The notes under the pieces: model-generated
Database searches by the model: none
What the model was told of the DNA's origin: nothing
The model's input: the letters and a program-made list of their open reading frames with translations, nothing else
Shown: piece after piece, positions 40,215 to 50,782 of the stretch
Layout: each line of letters opens with the position of its first letter
How positions within the stretch are numbered: position 1 is the first letter of the stretch
Program-made: the position numbers and the translations under genes
NCBI GenBank assembly: GCA_030584185.1
Contig: CP129495.1
Location: 1,469,469-1,533,468 of the forward strand
Direction of reading: 5' to 3'
Source of the DNA: Acidimicrobiia bacterium
GTDB taxonomy: Bacteria; Actinomycetota; Acidimicrobiia; Spongiisociales; UBA11373
DNA length: 64,000 nt

Positions 40215-40574
40215 ATGGAGTCGATCACGATCAAGCCTCGAGGCGCTGAGCCTCAGGTCGTTCTCACCGCGGCGGCCGCCGCCAAGGTCGCCGAGCTGAT
40301 CGCCCGTGAGGGTGACGAGGCGCTGGGCCTTCGCCTCGGCGTTCGCCCCGGAGGCTGTTCGGGTTTCTCCTATCAGCTGGAGCTCGACGCCAAGGTGGAC
40401 GCCGGCGACGTGGTGAACGAGTTCGAAGGGGTCCGCCTCGTCGTCGACTCGGAGAGCCTGGAGATGGTGTCCGGGGCAGAGATCGATTATCGCGACGGGC
40501 TGCAAGGGGCCGGGTTTCACATCAACAACCCGAACGTCACGCGCTCCTGCGGCTGCGGCAACTCGTTCTCGTAG
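40215..40574 (+). CDS. erpA: A-type Fe-S cluster carrier (IscA/ErpA/HesB family)
   Basis: It has GGCSGFSY and a C-terminal CGCGNSF. It is 119 aa and divergent from mrp. Confidence 0.9.
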   Translation: MESITIKPRGAEPQVVLTAAAAAKVAELIAREGDEALGLRLGVRPGGCSGFSYQLELDAKVDAGDVVNEFEGVRLVVDSESLEMVSGAEIDYRDGLQGAGFHINNPNVTRSCGCGNSFS

Positions 40575-40652
40575 GGCACCCGCCCCACCTCCCGATTCGG
40601 CATCGATGCGTCGCGTTACCCTTCGGGGTCCCGGTCCCGACGAGGAGGATCC

Positions 40653-41033
40653 ATGCCAAAGTCAGCGCCGCCTGCACCCAGGGGACCGCGCCCGGTGGGC
40701 CCGTACTCGGTGGTCACGGAGGCCAACGGGTTCGTGTTCATCTCCGGCCAGGTCGCATTCGATCCCGCCACCCAGGAGAGGGATGACGCCACAGTCGCGG
40801 CCGAGGCGACGCGGATCATGCGCAATCTGGGGATGATCCTCGAGGACCTGGACCTGGGCTACGACGACGTCGTGAAGACCACCATCTTCCTCACCGACAT
40901 GGCGGAGTTCGCGGCGGTGAACGAGGTGTACGGGGGGTACTTCACCGGCGCCCCTCCGGCGCGATCCACGGTCCAGGTGGCGGCACTGCCGGTCGGGTTT
41001 CGGGTAGAGATCGAGTGCATTGCCGCACGCTGA
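40653..41033 (+). CDS. ridA: RidA/YjgF family reactive-intermediate deaminase
   Basis: It has GPYS..VFISGQ, TIFLTDM and a C-terminal EIECIA. Confidence 0.9.
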   Translation: MPKSAPPAPRGPRPVGPYSVVTEANGFVFISGQVAFDPATQERDDATVAAEATRIMRNLGMILEDLDLGYDDVVKTTIFLTDMAEFAAVNEVYGGYFTGAPPARSTVQVAALPVGFRVEIECIAAR

Positions 41034-41045
41034 GAGGAGTTCACC

Positions 41046-42569
41046 ATGGACAGGGATGAGATCTTCGCCGCCCTTCGTATCGACGACGTCGAGCGGGGGG
41101 CATTCGCCGGCGGCTGGCTGAAGACCACGGGCACCATCCTCGAGGTGGAGAACCCGACCACTGCGACCACGATCTCTTCGATCGTGCAGGGATCAGGCAC
41201 CGAATACGAGGCCGTGATCGCCTCGTCGCAGGAGACGTTCCTGCGGTGGAGGATGCTTCCCGCACCCAAGCGCGGCGAGTACGTGCGGCAGATCGGAAAC
41301 GCCCTGCGAGAGCACAAGGAGGCGCTTGGGGCCCTGATCGCCCTGGAGATGGGCAAGATCGTCGCCGAGGGTGAGGGCGAGGTCCAGGAGATGATCGACA
41401 TCGCCGACTTCTCCGTCGGCCTCTCCCGTCAGCTCTACGGCCTCACCATGGCCTCGGAACGTCCCCGTCACCGGATGTACGAGCAATGGCATCCGCTGGG
41501 ACCGGTGGGGGTCATCTCCGCCTTCAACTTCCCGGTGGCGGTGTGGTCGTGGAACGCCTTCATCGCTGCCGTCTGTGGGGACACCGTCGTCTGGAAGCCG
41601 TCCTCGCAGACTCCGCTGTCGGCGATCGCCGTCACCCGCATCTGCGAGGACGTGATGAAGGGAACCGGGTTCGAAGGGGTGTTCAACCTCATCGTGGGGC
41701 GCGGGGCCGAGGTCGGCGACACGCTGATCAACGATCGGCGGGTGCCGCTCATTTCTGCAACCGGATCCTGCGGCGTGGGTGAGAAGGTGGGGATGGCGGT
41801 GGCAAAGAGGCTGGGCCGCTCCCTGCTGGAGCTCGGCGGCAACAACGCCGTCACGGTCCTCGACGACGCCGACCCCGATCTGGTCACCAGGGCGGTCCTC
41901 TTCGGGGCGGTGGGAACTGCCGGCCAGCGCTGTACCACGGTGCGCCGCATGATCATCGAGCCCGGGATCAAGGGTGAGGTGCTCAAGCGCCTCACCGACG
42001 CCTACGCCCAGGTCAGGATCGGTGATCCGCTCGACCGCAGCACGCTCATGGGCCCGCTGATCAACGCCCGAGCCGTCGACGACATGCTGGCTGCAGTGGG
42101 GATCGCCGAGGAACAGGGCGGCAGGATTCTGGCGGGCGGTGGGCGAGCAGCCGTCCCCGGCCTGGGCGGGCACTTCGTGGAGCCGACGATCATCGAGATC
42201 GACCGGGGAGCGCCCATAGTGCAGGAGGAGACCTTCGCCCCGATCCTGTACGTGATCGAGGCCGATGGCATCGACGATGCGATCGCGGTGCAGAACGGGG
42301 TACGCCAGGGGTTGTCGTCGGCGATCTTCACCGACAGCCTGCGGGCGGCGGAGAGATTCCTCTCCCACGAGGGATCCGACTGTGGGATCGCCAACGTGAA
42401 CATCGGCACCTCAGGCGCCGAGATCGGCGGTGCCTTCGGCGGGGAGAAGGAGACCGGCGGCGGTCGAGAGGCCGGGTCTGACTCGTGGAAGGCATACATG
42501 CGCCGGCAGACCAACACCATCAACTGGAGCACCGACCTGCCGCTCGCCCAGGGGATCGAGTTCGGCTGA
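41046..42569 (+). CDS. Aldehyde dehydrogenase, ALDH7/antiquitin family (piperideine-6-carboxylate / 2-aminoadipate semialdehyde dehydrogenase-like)
   Basis: It aligns along its length with ALDH7A1-type proteins (RSLLELGGNNA, GTAGQRCTT, ETFAPILYV, GSDCGIANVNIGTSGAEIGGAFGGEK). Confidence 0.9.
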   Translation: MDRDEIFAALRIDDVERGAFAGGWLKTTGTILEVENPTTATTISSIVQGSGTEYEAVIASSQETFLRWRMLPAPKRGEYVRQIGNALREHKEALGALIALEMGKIVAEGEGEVQEMIDIADFSVGLSRQLYGLTMASERPRHRMYEQWHPLGPVGVISAFNFPVAVWSWNAFIAAVCGDTVVWKPSSQTPLSAIAVTRICEDVMKGTGFEGVFNLIVGRGAEVGDTLINDRRVPLISATGSCGVGEKVGMAVAKRLGRSLLELGGNNAVTVLDDADPDLVTRAVLFGAVGTAGQRCTTVRRMIIEPGIKGEVLKRLTDAYAQVRIGDPLDRSTLMGPLINARAVDDMLAAVGIAEEQGGRILAGGGRAAVPGLGGHFVEPTIIEIDRGAPIVQEETFAPILYVIEADGIDDAIAVQNGVRQGLSSAIFTDSLRAAERFLSHEGSDCGIANVNIGTSGAEIGGAFGGEKETGGGREAGSDSWKAYMRRQTNTINWSTDLPLAQGIEFG

Positions 42570-42622
42570 TCGTTGTGGAGTCGCCGGAGAATGGCCTCTA
42601 AGGTGACGGTCCGGCGGTTCCG

Positions 42623-43621
42623 ATGCCGAGGGGGAACGCCTTGAGGTCGACCAGAATGCCAGGCAGCACGAGGATGGGGGTAGCGGTGGCCACCGCCATC
42701 GCCTTGCTCGCCATCCCTACCCCTGCCATGGCAGGGTCCAGCAACCTGGAGACCTCCCCCGATCCTGCCTGGGATTCCCCCCCGGCACCCACCCTCGCCG
42801 GGTTCACGCTTCCGATGGACTGGTCGCAGCGCACGTCTCCGTGTCCGCGAACGGCCGATGCCCCGCACCTCGAACAGCGCTTGGCATCGTTCGCCCGACC
42901 TGCCCTCTGTCCGGGTGACGTGTCCGAGGCGGTGGTCCACCTGCAGCGGCTGCTGACCGAGAAGAAGCTGTACCGCCAGCCGATCACCGGGGTGTACGAC
43001 ACGGCGACGCGCTACGCCGTCGCCGCCTTCCACAAAGTGATCGGACCCGCTCATCCCAACCCGGCGACGGCCGTGGCGGAGTGGCGGGCGGACCCGCCTC
43101 CCGAGGATTGGACATCCGAGGACTGGCTGCTGCTGGAGGCCTTCGATCCCCGACCGCCCAAGTTCCGTCGCAACCAGCCCGACCGGGTGGAGAGCGACAT
43201 CGGGCATCAGGTCCTGTACCTGATCCACGACGACGAGGTGGTGGCGATAATGCCGATCAGCACCGGCGCCGGCCGGGGAACGCGCGGGTGCACGTCCTCG
43301 GATACCTGCAGCGTGTCGGTCACTCCCCGCACCAGCAGGATGGTCGGTGGGAGCACCTTCTTCGGTGAGCACGGGTACTCCGCAGGGTGGTCGCCTCGTC
43401 CGGGCGACTGGTCCATCTACAAGGCGATCTTCTACCGCGGCCAGTACGGGGAGTGGAACTACGGGCTGCACGGGTACCGCCACGTCCCGCACTATCCGGC
43501 CTCCCACGGGTGCACCCGCCTCACCGTCTGGGACATGGACTTCCTGCGTCCCACCACGGCCCGCGGTGCTGCGGACTCGAGGGTATGGGTGGGGATGACC
43601 ATCCACGTCTGGGACGAGTAG
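42623..43621 (+). CDS. L,D-transpeptidase (YkuD domain) with an N-terminal peptidoglycan-binding-like domain
   Basis: It has a signal peptide, a PG_binding_1-like segment (VVHLQRLLTEKKLYRQPITGVYDTATRYAVAAFHKV), and a YkuD catalytic region (HGYRHVPHYPASHGCTRL). The start could be 42656 or 42674. Confidence 0.8.
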   Translation: MPRGNALRSTRMPGSTRMGVAVATAIALLAIPTPAMAGSSNLETSPDPAWDSPPAPTLAGFTLPMDWSQRTSPCPRTADAPHLEQRLASFARPALCPGDVSEAVVHLQRLLTEKKLYRQPITGVYDTATRYAVAAFHKVIGPAHPNPATAVAEWRADPPPEDWTSEDWLLLEAFDPRPPKFRRNQPDRVESDIGHQVLYLIHDDEVVAIMPISTGAGRGTRGCTSSDTCSVSVTPRTSRMVGGSTFFGEHGYSAGWSPRPGDWSIYKAIFYRGQYGEWNYGLHGYRHVPHYPASHGCTRLTVWDMDFLRPTTARGAADSRVWVGMTIHVWDE

Positions 43622-43922
43622 ACACATCGTCAGGCGGGATCATCTTTCCTCCCTCTGCAGGGGGGAGTACGGCGAAGCCGGGAGGTGGGCAGACCATGGG
43701 AGACCTGTGTCGCGTGTTGCCCCTCCGGCCCTTCGGGCCAGCTCCCCGGGGGAGGGAACTTCGCCAGACCCTCGTCGCGCCTTTGCCTCCTCCGGCCCTT
43801 CGGGCCACCTCCCCGGGGAGGGAACGTCGCCGTCGGCCCTCCTGGCTTCGGACCACTGCCCGCAAGACACCAGGCCCGAAAGCATGGGTGGGGATGACCA
43901 TCCACTTCTGGGACGAGTAGAC
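43585..43922. repeat. Repeat-rich ~260-bp segment flanked by 39-bp direct repeats (a duplication of the ldt 3' end), containing two ~67-bp tandem units with GGCCC-TTC-GGGCC hairpins
   Basis: 43585-43623 and 43884-43922 are identical at 38 of 39 positions (ATGGGTGGGGATGACCATCCAC[G/T]TCTGGGACGAGTAGAC). The interior has the units ...CCTCCGGCCCTTCGGGCCA[G/C]CTCCCCGGGG(G)AGGGAAC[T/G]TCGCC at ~43719 and ~43786, plus a CTCCC-TCTGCAG-GGGAG palindrome at ~43650. Confidence 0.6.
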
Positions 43923-43945
43923 GCCTCTCACCTAGCCTGGCGGCG

Positions 43946-44662
43946 ATGGATCTGCTCGCCGTCATCCGAACGGCCTCCGGGCGCCTCGCCGGCGCTGCCG
44001 CATCGAGGCCGGGTGCCTCGGTTCCCCGGTACCCGGGCTGGACCCTGCTCGACCTGCTGATCCACACCGGAAGTGCCCACCGGCGGGCGACCAAGGTGGT
44101 CGCCACGACGGCACAGGAGAAGGTCGAGCGGGAGTTCCCGCCTGACGAGGTGCCCGAGGTGGTGCTCCCCTGGTTCACCGAGGGGGTGGCATCGATGGTG
44201 GAGGCCCTCGAGCGAGCGGATCCGATCAGCGAGGTGTGGGGGTTCGGACCGCGTCCCACCGTCGCCTCCTGGATCCTGCGAATGGCTCTGGAAACCGAGG
44301 TCCATCGGTGGGATGCCGAGTGCGCCATGGGTTCTTCGAGCCCGATTCCCGCCTGGTTGGCTGCCGCTGGAATCGAGGAACTGCTCGCCCTCTGGGGAGG
44401 AGTGATGCCGCTCGAGCAGGCACCCTCGCTGGAGTTGGTCCTCACCGACCTGGGCGAGTCCTGGACGCTGAGCGCGGGGGAGGTAGGTGCACGCCTCGCC
44501 CCCGGCAGCCCGAGCGAACCGGGCGACGCCGTGGAGGGCGACGCCTCCGAGATCTACCTGTGGCTGATGGGCCGCCGCGACCTGGCCGGGCTGGTGTGCC
44601 ACGGCTCGGGGGCCGTGGTCTGGGACGCGGCTTTCAGGGCGCTGCCCGACGCCCGTCGCTAG
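43946..44662 (+). CDS. Mycothiol-dependent maleylpyruvate isomerase N-terminal-domain (MDMPI_N / DinB-fold) family protein
   Basis: It has the pattern typical of TIGR03083-like actinobacterial proteins (PGWTLLDLLIHTGSAHRRAT; WDAE motif). It is 238 aa. Confidence 0.65.
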   Translation: MDLLAVIRTASGRLAGAAASRPGASVPRYPGWTLLDLLIHTGSAHRRATKVVATTAQEKVEREFPPDEVPEVVLPWFTEGVASMVEALERADPISEVWGFGPRPTVASWILRMALETEVHRWDAECAMGSSSPIPAWLAAAGIEELLALWGGVMPLEQAPSLELVLTDLGESWTLSAGEVGARLAPGSPSEPGDAVEGDASEIYLWLMGRRDLAGLVCHGSGAVVWDAAFRALPDARR

Positions 44663-46008
44663 GTCGACCGCAGCGTCTCCAGCCGATCTGCCAGCAGGCC
44701 CAACTGCATCTCCACCGAGGCGAACGAACCACCTCCCGGGGATCGCCGCTCGGCAACCGACGATGCCGGGTCGAGGACTAGGACATCCTCCGGTGCGAAA
44801 GCGGGGTGGGCCGCCCTCAGGTCGGCTTCGGTGATGCCCGAGGGGTGACTCGCCACCATCTCTCCCACCACCTGATGAGCCTCCCGGAAGGCGACCCCCC
44901 GCTCCACGAGGACCTCGGCCAGGTCGAGGGCGCCCACCCATGGGCCCGGGGCAGGCGGGTGGAACCGGGCGGCGTCGAGCATGGCGGCGAGCACCCGCAG
45001 CGCCCCGGCCAGGTCGTCGTCCACCACGAAGAGGTGCTCCTTGTCCTGCTGCAGGTCGCGGTCGTAGGCCAGTGGGAGGCCCTTGACCACCGCCAGCACC
45101 CCGGTCAGGTGCCCGATGGCGGAGCCGGCCTTGCCCCGGGTCAGCTCGGCGGGGTCGGGGTTCTTCTTGTGGGGGAGGGCCGACGAGCCGGTGGTGTGCC
45201 GGTCGGCGAAGGTGACCCATCCGAACTCGGTGGTCGCCCACAGCGTCATCTCCTCGGCGAGCCGCGACAGGTCGACGAGGGCCTGGGTACAGCAGAACAG
45301 GTACTCGGTCACGGCGTCGCGGGAGGCGACGGCGTCCAGGGAGTTCTCGAACACTGCCGGAAGGCCGAGGAGTCGGGCTGCCACCGCGGGCTCCAGAGGG
45401 AGGCGGCTTCCCCCCCCGGCGCCGGCACCGAGCGGGGAGACCTCGATCCGGGCGAGGGACGAGACGAACCGATCGGCGTCGCGCAGCAGTGCCCAGGCGT
45501 GGGCAAGGAGGTGGTGGGCGAGGGGTACCGCCTGCGCCTGCTGCATGTGGGTGTAGAACGGCACCACCGTCGCTCCGGCGTCTTCGGCCCGTCGGGCCAG
45601 GACCCCGATGAGGCCGGCCAGGTCGGCGATCCGGTCGCGGGCCGCCCGACGCAGGTAGAGCCGGAGGTCGAGGGCGATCTGATCGTTGCGCGAGCGGCCG
45701 GTGTGCAGCTTCCCGGCCACGGGGCCGATCAGCTCTCCCAGACGCCGCTCCACTCCCGAGTGCACGTCCTCGTCGCCATCCGACCACGGGAAGGTTCCTG
45801 CCGCCGCCTCGGCGGCGATCAGTTCCAGCCCCGCGGTGATGGTGGCCACTTCCGCCGCATCGAGGATCCCGGCAGAGCCGAGGGCGGCGACGTGGGCGAC
45901 GGAGCCCTCAACATCCGCCTCCAGCAGCCTGCGGTCGGCTTGCGACGTCATGAACCCCCACGCCCCCGGGTCGGGCCCCTCGGAGAAGCGGCCTCCCCAG
46001 AGGGTCAC
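44659..46008 (-). CDS. argH: Argininosuccinate lyase
   Basis: It has [10 protein letters not shown], the fumarate-lyase signature [12 protein letters not shown], a GTG start at 46008 and a GTGA overlap with the argG stop. Confidence 0.95.
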   Translation of the reverse strand: MTLWGGRFSEGPDPGAWGFMTSQADRRLLEADVEGSVAHVAALGSAGILDAAEVATITAGLELIAAEAAAGTFPWSDGDEDVHSGVERRLGELIGPVAGKLHTGRSRNDQIALDLRLYLRRAARDRIADLAGLIGVLARRAEDAGATVVPFYTHMQQAQAVPLAHHLLAHAWALLRDADRFVSSLARIEVSPLGAGAGGGSRLPLEPAVAARLLGLPAVFENSLDAVASRDAVTEYLFCCTQALVDLSRLAEEMTLWATTEFGWVTFADRHTTGSSALPHKKNPDPAELTRGKAGSAIGHLTGVLAVVKGLPLAYDRDLQQDKEHLFVVDDDLAGALRVLAAMLDAARFHPPAPGPWVGALDLAEVLVERGVAFREAHQVVGEMVASHPSGITEADLRAAHPAFAPEDVLVLDPASSVAERRSPGGGSFASVEMQLGLLADRLETLRST

Positions 46009-47210
46009 TCGCCCTCCCCGATGCGCTTCTCCGCCAGGCTGCGCAGCCGCAGCGCCTGCAGTCGGATGAACCCGCCGGCGTCCGCCTGTTCGTATACGTC
46101 GTCCGCCTCGAAGGTGACCGTGGCCTGGTCGTAGAGGGTGTGTCGGTCGGAGCGGCGTCCATCGACCGTGATCGCACCCTTGAACAGCCGCAACCTGGCC
46201 TCTCCGTTGACGCGACGCTGCACGTCGTCCATGAACGCCTGCAGCGCTTCACGTTCGGGAGCGAACCAGAATCCGTTGTAGATCATCTCGGCGTAGCGCG
46301 GGACCAGTTCGTCCCGAAGGTGCTGCACCTCACGGTCCAGGGTGATCGACTCCACGGCACGGTGGGCGTGGTAGAGGATGGTCCCACCCGGGGTCTCGTA
46401 TACCCCTCGGCTCTTCATACCGATGAAACGGTTCTCGACGATGTCGACCCGCCCCACCCCGTGCCGTCCGCCTATCTGGTTCACCCTCTCGAGAAGCGCC
46501 ACCGGATCGAGGGTTTCGCCGTTCACCGCCACCGGGGTTCCCTGTTCGAAGGCGACGGTCACCCACTCCGGCTCGTCCGGCGCCCGTTCGGGGTCGGTGG
46601 TGCGCAGGAACATCCCCGGCGGCGGAGGGGTCCACGGGTCCTCCAACACCCCGCCCTCATATGAGACGTGGAGCAGATTGGCGTCGGTCGAGTAGGGGCG
46701 CTCAGGAGTCACAGGGATCGGGATTCCGTGACGCTCGGCGTAGGCCACGAGATCGGCCCGGCCCTTCAGGTTCCACTCCCGCCATGGTGCTATCACCTTG
46801 ATGCCGGGGCGGAGGGCGTATGCGGAAAGCTCGAAGCGAACCTGGTCGTTCCCCTTCCCGGTGGCGCCGTGGGCGATGGCGTCGGCGCCGGCCGCCTCGG
46901 CGGCGCGGACCAGGCCGCGAGAGATCGCCGGTCGGGCGAGGGCGGTGCCCAGCAGGTAGTAGCCCTCGTAGATGGCGTTGGCTCTCAGCGCCGGGAACAC
47001 GTGCTGCTCGACGAACTCGGTGCGCAGGTCTTCGGTGATCGCCTCCACTGCGCCGGTGGCCAGCGCCTTGAGGCGAGCCTCCTCGACCTCCTCCCCCTGA
47101 CCGACGTCGGCGGTGTAGGCCACGACTTCGACTTCGTAGGTCTCGGCCAGCCAGCGCAGGATGATCGAGGTGTCGAGTCCACCCGAGTAGGCGAGCACGA
47201 CCTTGCGCAT
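46005..47210 (-). CDS. argG: Argininosuccinate synthase
   Basis: It has the internal start [15 protein letters not shown] (PP-loop) and ArgG motifs throughout its 401 aa. The track ORF extends to 47774. Confidence 0.95.
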   Translation of the reverse strand: MRKVVLAYSGGLDTSIILRWLAETYEVEVVAYTADVGQGEEVEEARLKALATGAVEAITEDLRTEFVEQHVFPALRANAIYEGYYLLGTALARPAISRGLVRAAEAAGADAIAHGATGKGNDQVRFELSAYALRPGIKVIAPWREWNLKGRADLVAYAERHGIPIPVTPERPYSTDANLLHVSYEGGVLEDPWTPPPPGMFLRTTDPERAPDEPEWVTVAFEQGTPVAVNGETLDPVALLERVNQIGGRHGVGRVDIVENRFIGMKSRGVYETPGGTILYHAHRAVESITLDREVQHLRDELVPRYAEMIYNGFWFAPEREALQAFMDDVQRRVNGEARLRLFKGAITVDGRRSDRHTLYDQATVTFEADDVYEQADAGGFIRLQALRLRSLAEKRIGEGE

Positions 47211-47310
47211 CAGGGCACCTCTCCGCCGACGAGTACCAAGGATCGCGCAACGGGACGAAGGGTGCGAAACCGCCGGATCTACGCTTCCCGGGGTCGAGGC
47301 CGGAGGGGGC

Positions 47311-48474
47311 GTGCAGGCGGAGGCATCGGAAGCGAGTGGACCGGGTCGTCTCGCCGAACTCGTTCGGCTGTTCGGCCGGCTGGGCGTAACCGCATTCGGC
47401 GGACCCGCGGCGCACATCGCCATGATGCACGACGAGGTGGTCATCCGTCGTCGCTGGATCGACGACCAGCACTTCGTCGACATGATCGGCGTCACCAACC
47501 TCATCCCCGGTCCCAACTCGACGGAGATGGCCATGCACGTGGGGCGGCACCGCGCCGGGTGGAGGGGCCTGATCGTGGCCGGAGCAAGCTTCATCCTTCC
47601 GGCTGCGGCGATCGTGCTCGCCTTCGCCTGGGTGTATGTCCGGCACGGGAGCACCCCAACCGGCGAGGCACTCCTGTATGGGGTGAAGCCGGTGGTGATC
47701 GTGATCGTGCTCCAGGCCCTGCTGAAGCTGGGGCGGACCGCCGTCAAGGGCTGGCTGACCGGCCTGGTCGCCATCGGCGGAGCCGCGGGCTACCTGGTGG
47801 GGATCGACGAGGTGCTGCTGTTGGCCGCAGGGGCACTGTTCGTGCTGGCATCGCGGGCGACACCCGGCCCGGGGAGCCTCGTCCTGCTGCCCGTGGCCAG
47901 TGGGGGGTGGGTGTCGGCCCCTGCCCTGGCAGATACGGCGTCGCTGGGGACGATCATCCTGGTCTTCCTCAAGGCCGGGGCGTTCCTGTTCGGGTCCGGA
48001 TACGTGCTGTTCGCTTTTCTTCAGGGGGACCTGGTCGATCGTCTCGGTCTGCTGACCGAGCAGCAGCTGCTCGACGCCGTTGCCGTCGGGCAGTTCACAC
48101 CCGGTCCCGTGTTCACCACCGCCACCTTCATCGGCTATCTGCTGGCCGGTCTGCCCGGGGCCGGAGTGGCGACCCTGGCGATCTTCCTCCCGGCGTTCCT
48201 CTTCGTGGGACTGATGGCACCACTGGTGCGGAGGGCTCGCGACCGGGTGTGGACGGCTGCTCTGCTAGACGGTGTCAACGCAGTCGCCGTGGGTCTCATG
48301 GGGGCCGTGACGGTGGTGCTGGTCGGAGACGCCGTGGTCGACGCGGTCTCGATGGTGGTGGCAGCCGTCGCCGGGTTGATTCTCTGGCGGACGCGGCTCA
48401 ACTCGGCCTGGCTGCTGATGGGTGCCGGGATCGCCGGCCTGATCGCCGGTGCTGCCGGCTGGTCCCCGGGCTAG
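47311..48474 (+). CDS. chrA: Chromate transporter ChrA (two CHR domains)
   Basis: [13 protein letters not shown] and GPNSTEMAM are in the first half, and a second CHR repeat ([17 protein letters not shown]) is in the second half. The start is uncertain; I chose GTG at 47311, which avoids overlap with argG. Confidence 0.75.
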   Translation: MQAEASEASGPGRLAELVRLFGRLGVTAFGGPAAHIAMMHDEVVIRRRWIDDQHFVDMIGVTNLIPGPNSTEMAMHVGRHRAGWRGLIVAGASFILPAAAIVLAFAWVYVRHGSTPTGEALLYGVKPVVIVIVLQALLKLGRTAVKGWLTGLVAIGGAAGYLVGIDEVLLLAAGALFVLASRATPGPGSLVLLPVASGGWVSAPALADTASLGTIILVFLKAGAFLFGSGYVLFAFLQGDLVDRLGLLTEQQLLDAVAVGQFTPGPVFTTATFIGYLLAGLPGAGVATLAIFLPAFLFVGLMAPLVRRARDRVWTAALLDGVNAVAVGLMGAVTVVLVGDAVVDAVSMVVAAVAGLILWRTRLNSAWLLMGAGIAGLIAGAAGWSPG

Positions 48475-48941
48475 GCGCTCGCCTCCCAGAGGTGCCGGGT
48501 GAGGGCCGCCTCATCGGCGTGACCCCGGAGGTGATCCACGGCGTGGACCAGTGCGAAGGCGGCGGTCATCTCTCTCACCGTTCCGTCGGCGCGCCGGAAC
48601 TCCCTCACGGTGCCCCAGTCGATCGGCTCCGAGGTGTCGAGGGCGGCGTGGCAGTGGTCGGCCAGGCCATCGATCATGTCCGTCATCGCGTCGGAGTCGA
48701 CGGCATGGGTGGCGAACTCGCCTTCCCGATCTCGTTCCGGCACCGGGAGGCCCACGGCGATGTGCAGCAGGAGCCTGGTGGCGTGCATGGCGTGTGTGGC
48801 CAGCACCGCGATCGAGTTGGCATCGTCGAAGCGCGGTCTCCAGTCGAGGGCTTCGACCGGCAGGTCGGACACGGCGCCTCGCAGCACTTCGAAGGCGTCA
48901 TCGCAGAGGGTGCGGGCAGCGGCGAGGAGTGGGTCGGTCAT
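48471..48941 (-). CDS. DinB_2/DUF664-family protein (mycothiol-dependent enzyme fold)
   Basis: It has a four-helix-bundle His motif pattern (HAMHATRLL...HAVDHLRGH). It is 156 aa. Confidence 0.65.
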   Translation of the reverse strand: MTDPLLAAARTLCDDAFEVLRGAVSDLPVEALDWRPRFDDANSIAVLATHAMHATRLLLHIAVGLPVPERDREGEFATHAVDSDAMTDMIDGLADHCHAALDTSEPIDWGTVREFRRADGTVREMTAAFALVHAVDHLRGHADEAALTRHLWEASA

Positions 48942-49009
48942 CGGCCCAGCCTATCGACCTGCCGGTACCCACTAGCCTGCTGCGACCGAACCACCGATGG
49001 GAGTGGCTC

Positions 49010-50779
49010 ATGACCTGGGATCAGGTGACGATCTTCGTCATCCTCGCCCTGGCCCTGGTCATGTTCGCCTGGGGGAAGTGGCGCTACGACCTCGTCGCAG
49101 TGCTCGCCCTGCTGGCGGTGACTATCACCGGGTTGGTCGAGACCGAGGCTGCGTTCCTGGGGTTCGGCCATCCCGCCGTGGTCACCGTGGTGGCCGTCCT
49201 GGTGGTGAGCAAGGGGCTGGAGCAGTCGGGCCTGGTCGATCTGGTGAGCCGCAGGCTCATCTCCCTCGGCGACCGGGGCACCCTCCAGTTCTTTCTGCTG
49301 ATCTCGATGGTGACGGTCACTTCCGCCTTCATCAACAACGTGGGGTCTCTCGCCTTGTTCCTTCCGGTGGCGCTGAGGGTGAGCCGGGAGACCGGGCGAT
49401 CGCCATCCCGGCTGTTGATGCCGATGGCTTTCGCCTCCCTCCTGGGTGGTCTGACCACACTGATCGGCACTCCGCCGAACATCATCATCGCCACCTTCCG
49501 CAAGGATGTGGCCGGCACTCCTTTCGGCATGTTCGACTTCTCCGCAGTTGGAGTACCCGTGGCACTTGTGGGCCTGCTGGTGGTGTTCTTCCTCGCCGGG
49601 CGACTCGTTCCCGAGCGTCGCAGCGGATCCGAGCCCGGAACCCTGTTCGAGGTGGCGATGTACCTCACCGAACTGCGGATTCCGGACAGTTCCGAGGCCA
49701 CCGGCATGCTTCTCGGTCGGTTGCTCGAAGGCTCGGACGCTGTGGTGGTCGGCCTGGTGCGCGATGGGCACACGGTCACCGAGGTCGCCATGTTCACCCG
49801 GCTGGCAGCCGACGACATCCTCATCGTCGAAGGCGACCCGGCGGCGATCGAAAGACTGCTCGAGAGGTTCGGTCTGGTGCTGGTCGGACGTGGCGCCGGC
49901 GAGGAGTCGAACATCGGGGACCTCAAGCTGTTCGAGGCCGTGGTCCCCCCGGCGGCTCACATCGTCGGCCGGACAGCCACCAGCATGCGGCTGCGCGGGC
50001 GTTACGGGGTGAACCTCCTCGGCGTCGCCCGTGCCGAGGAGCGAATCCACAAGCGGCTGGCGCAGGTGGAGTTCGCCGTGGGCGACGTGCTCCTCATCCA
50101 AGGTCCGGATCAGGCGGTGCGATCGGCGGTGGCCGATCTCGGCCTCCTCATGCTCGCCGAGCGGGAGCTGACCCTGGGACGGAGCCGTCGGGTGGTGCTC
50201 GGGGCGGGGATCTTCGCCGCCGCCGTGGCGGCCACCTCGACGGGGCTGCTTCCGGTCGAGGTCGCCTTCTCCGCCGCCGCCGCGGCGATGGTGCTGACGC
50301 GCCTGATCACCCTCGACGCCGCCTACCGGGCGGTGGACCTCCCGATCGTGGTGCTCCTGGGAGCCATGTTGCCGGTGGGGGCTGCGCTGGAAACGACGGG
50401 TGCCGCCGACCTGGTCGCAGAGTGGGTGGTCGGGGTCGCCGAGTTCTCCTCTCCCGAGGTGGTGGTGGTCCTCCTCATGGTGGTGGTGATGTTCCTCTCC
50501 GACGTGATCAACAACGCGGCGGCGGCGGTGCTGGTCGCACCGATAGCAATCCATGTGGCGACGGCGATGGAGGTGTCCGCCGACCCGATGCTGATGGCGG
50601 TGGCGATCGGTGCTTCGATGTCGCTGCTGACGCCGATCGGACACCAGTCCAACCTTCTGGTCATGGCACCCGGTGGCTATCGATTCGGTGACTACTGGCG
50701 TCTGGGGATCGTCGTCGAGGCGGCGGTGGTGGCCACGGCGACCGTCATGATCCTGAGGGTGTGGCCGCTCGCGGCGTGA
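49010..50779 (+). CDS. DASS/SLC13-type anion transporter with two central TrkA-C (RCK_C) domains
   Basis: It has the internal start MTWDQV, TM bundles at both ends, and two cytoplasmic segments with the TrkA_C pattern (LAGRLVPERRS...; VVPPAAHIVGRT...). It is 590 aa. Confidence 0.8.
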   Translation: MTWDQVTIFVILALALVMFAWGKWRYDLVAVLALLAVTITGLVETEAAFLGFGHPAVVTVVAVLVVSKGLEQSGLVDLVSRRLISLGDRGTLQFFLLISMVTVTSAFINNVGSLALFLPVALRVSRETGRSPSRLLMPMAFASLLGGLTTLIGTPPNIIIATFRKDVAGTPFGMFDFSAVGVPVALVGLLVVFFLAGRLVPERRSGSEPGTLFEVAMYLTELRIPDSSEATGMLLGRLLEGSDAVVVGLVRDGHTVTEVAMFTRLAADDILIVEGDPAAIERLLERFGLVLVGRGAGEESNIGDLKLFEAVVPPAAHIVGRTATSMRLRGRYGVNLLGVARAEERIHKRLAQVEFAVGDVLLIQGPDQAVRSAVADLGLLMLAERELTLGRSRRVVLGAGIFAAAVAATSTGLLPVEVAFSAAAAAMVLTRLITLDAAYRAVDLPIVVLLGAMLPVGAALETTGAADLVAEWVVGVAEFSSPEVVVVLLMVVVMFLSDVINNAAAAVLVAPIAIHVATAMEVSADPMLMAVAIGASMSLLTPIGHQSNLLVMAPGGYRFGDYWRLGIVVEAAVVATATVMILRVWPLAA

Positions 50780-50782
50780 GAT

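Noticed and set aside
43630-45787. ORFs 43630..44445(-), 43928..45787(-) and 43387..43920(+) across the repeat region, the MDMPI gene and argH
   Set aside because: They are Arg/Pro-rich translations with no motifs. They overlap the well-supported argH and MDMPI_N genes or read through the repeat element.
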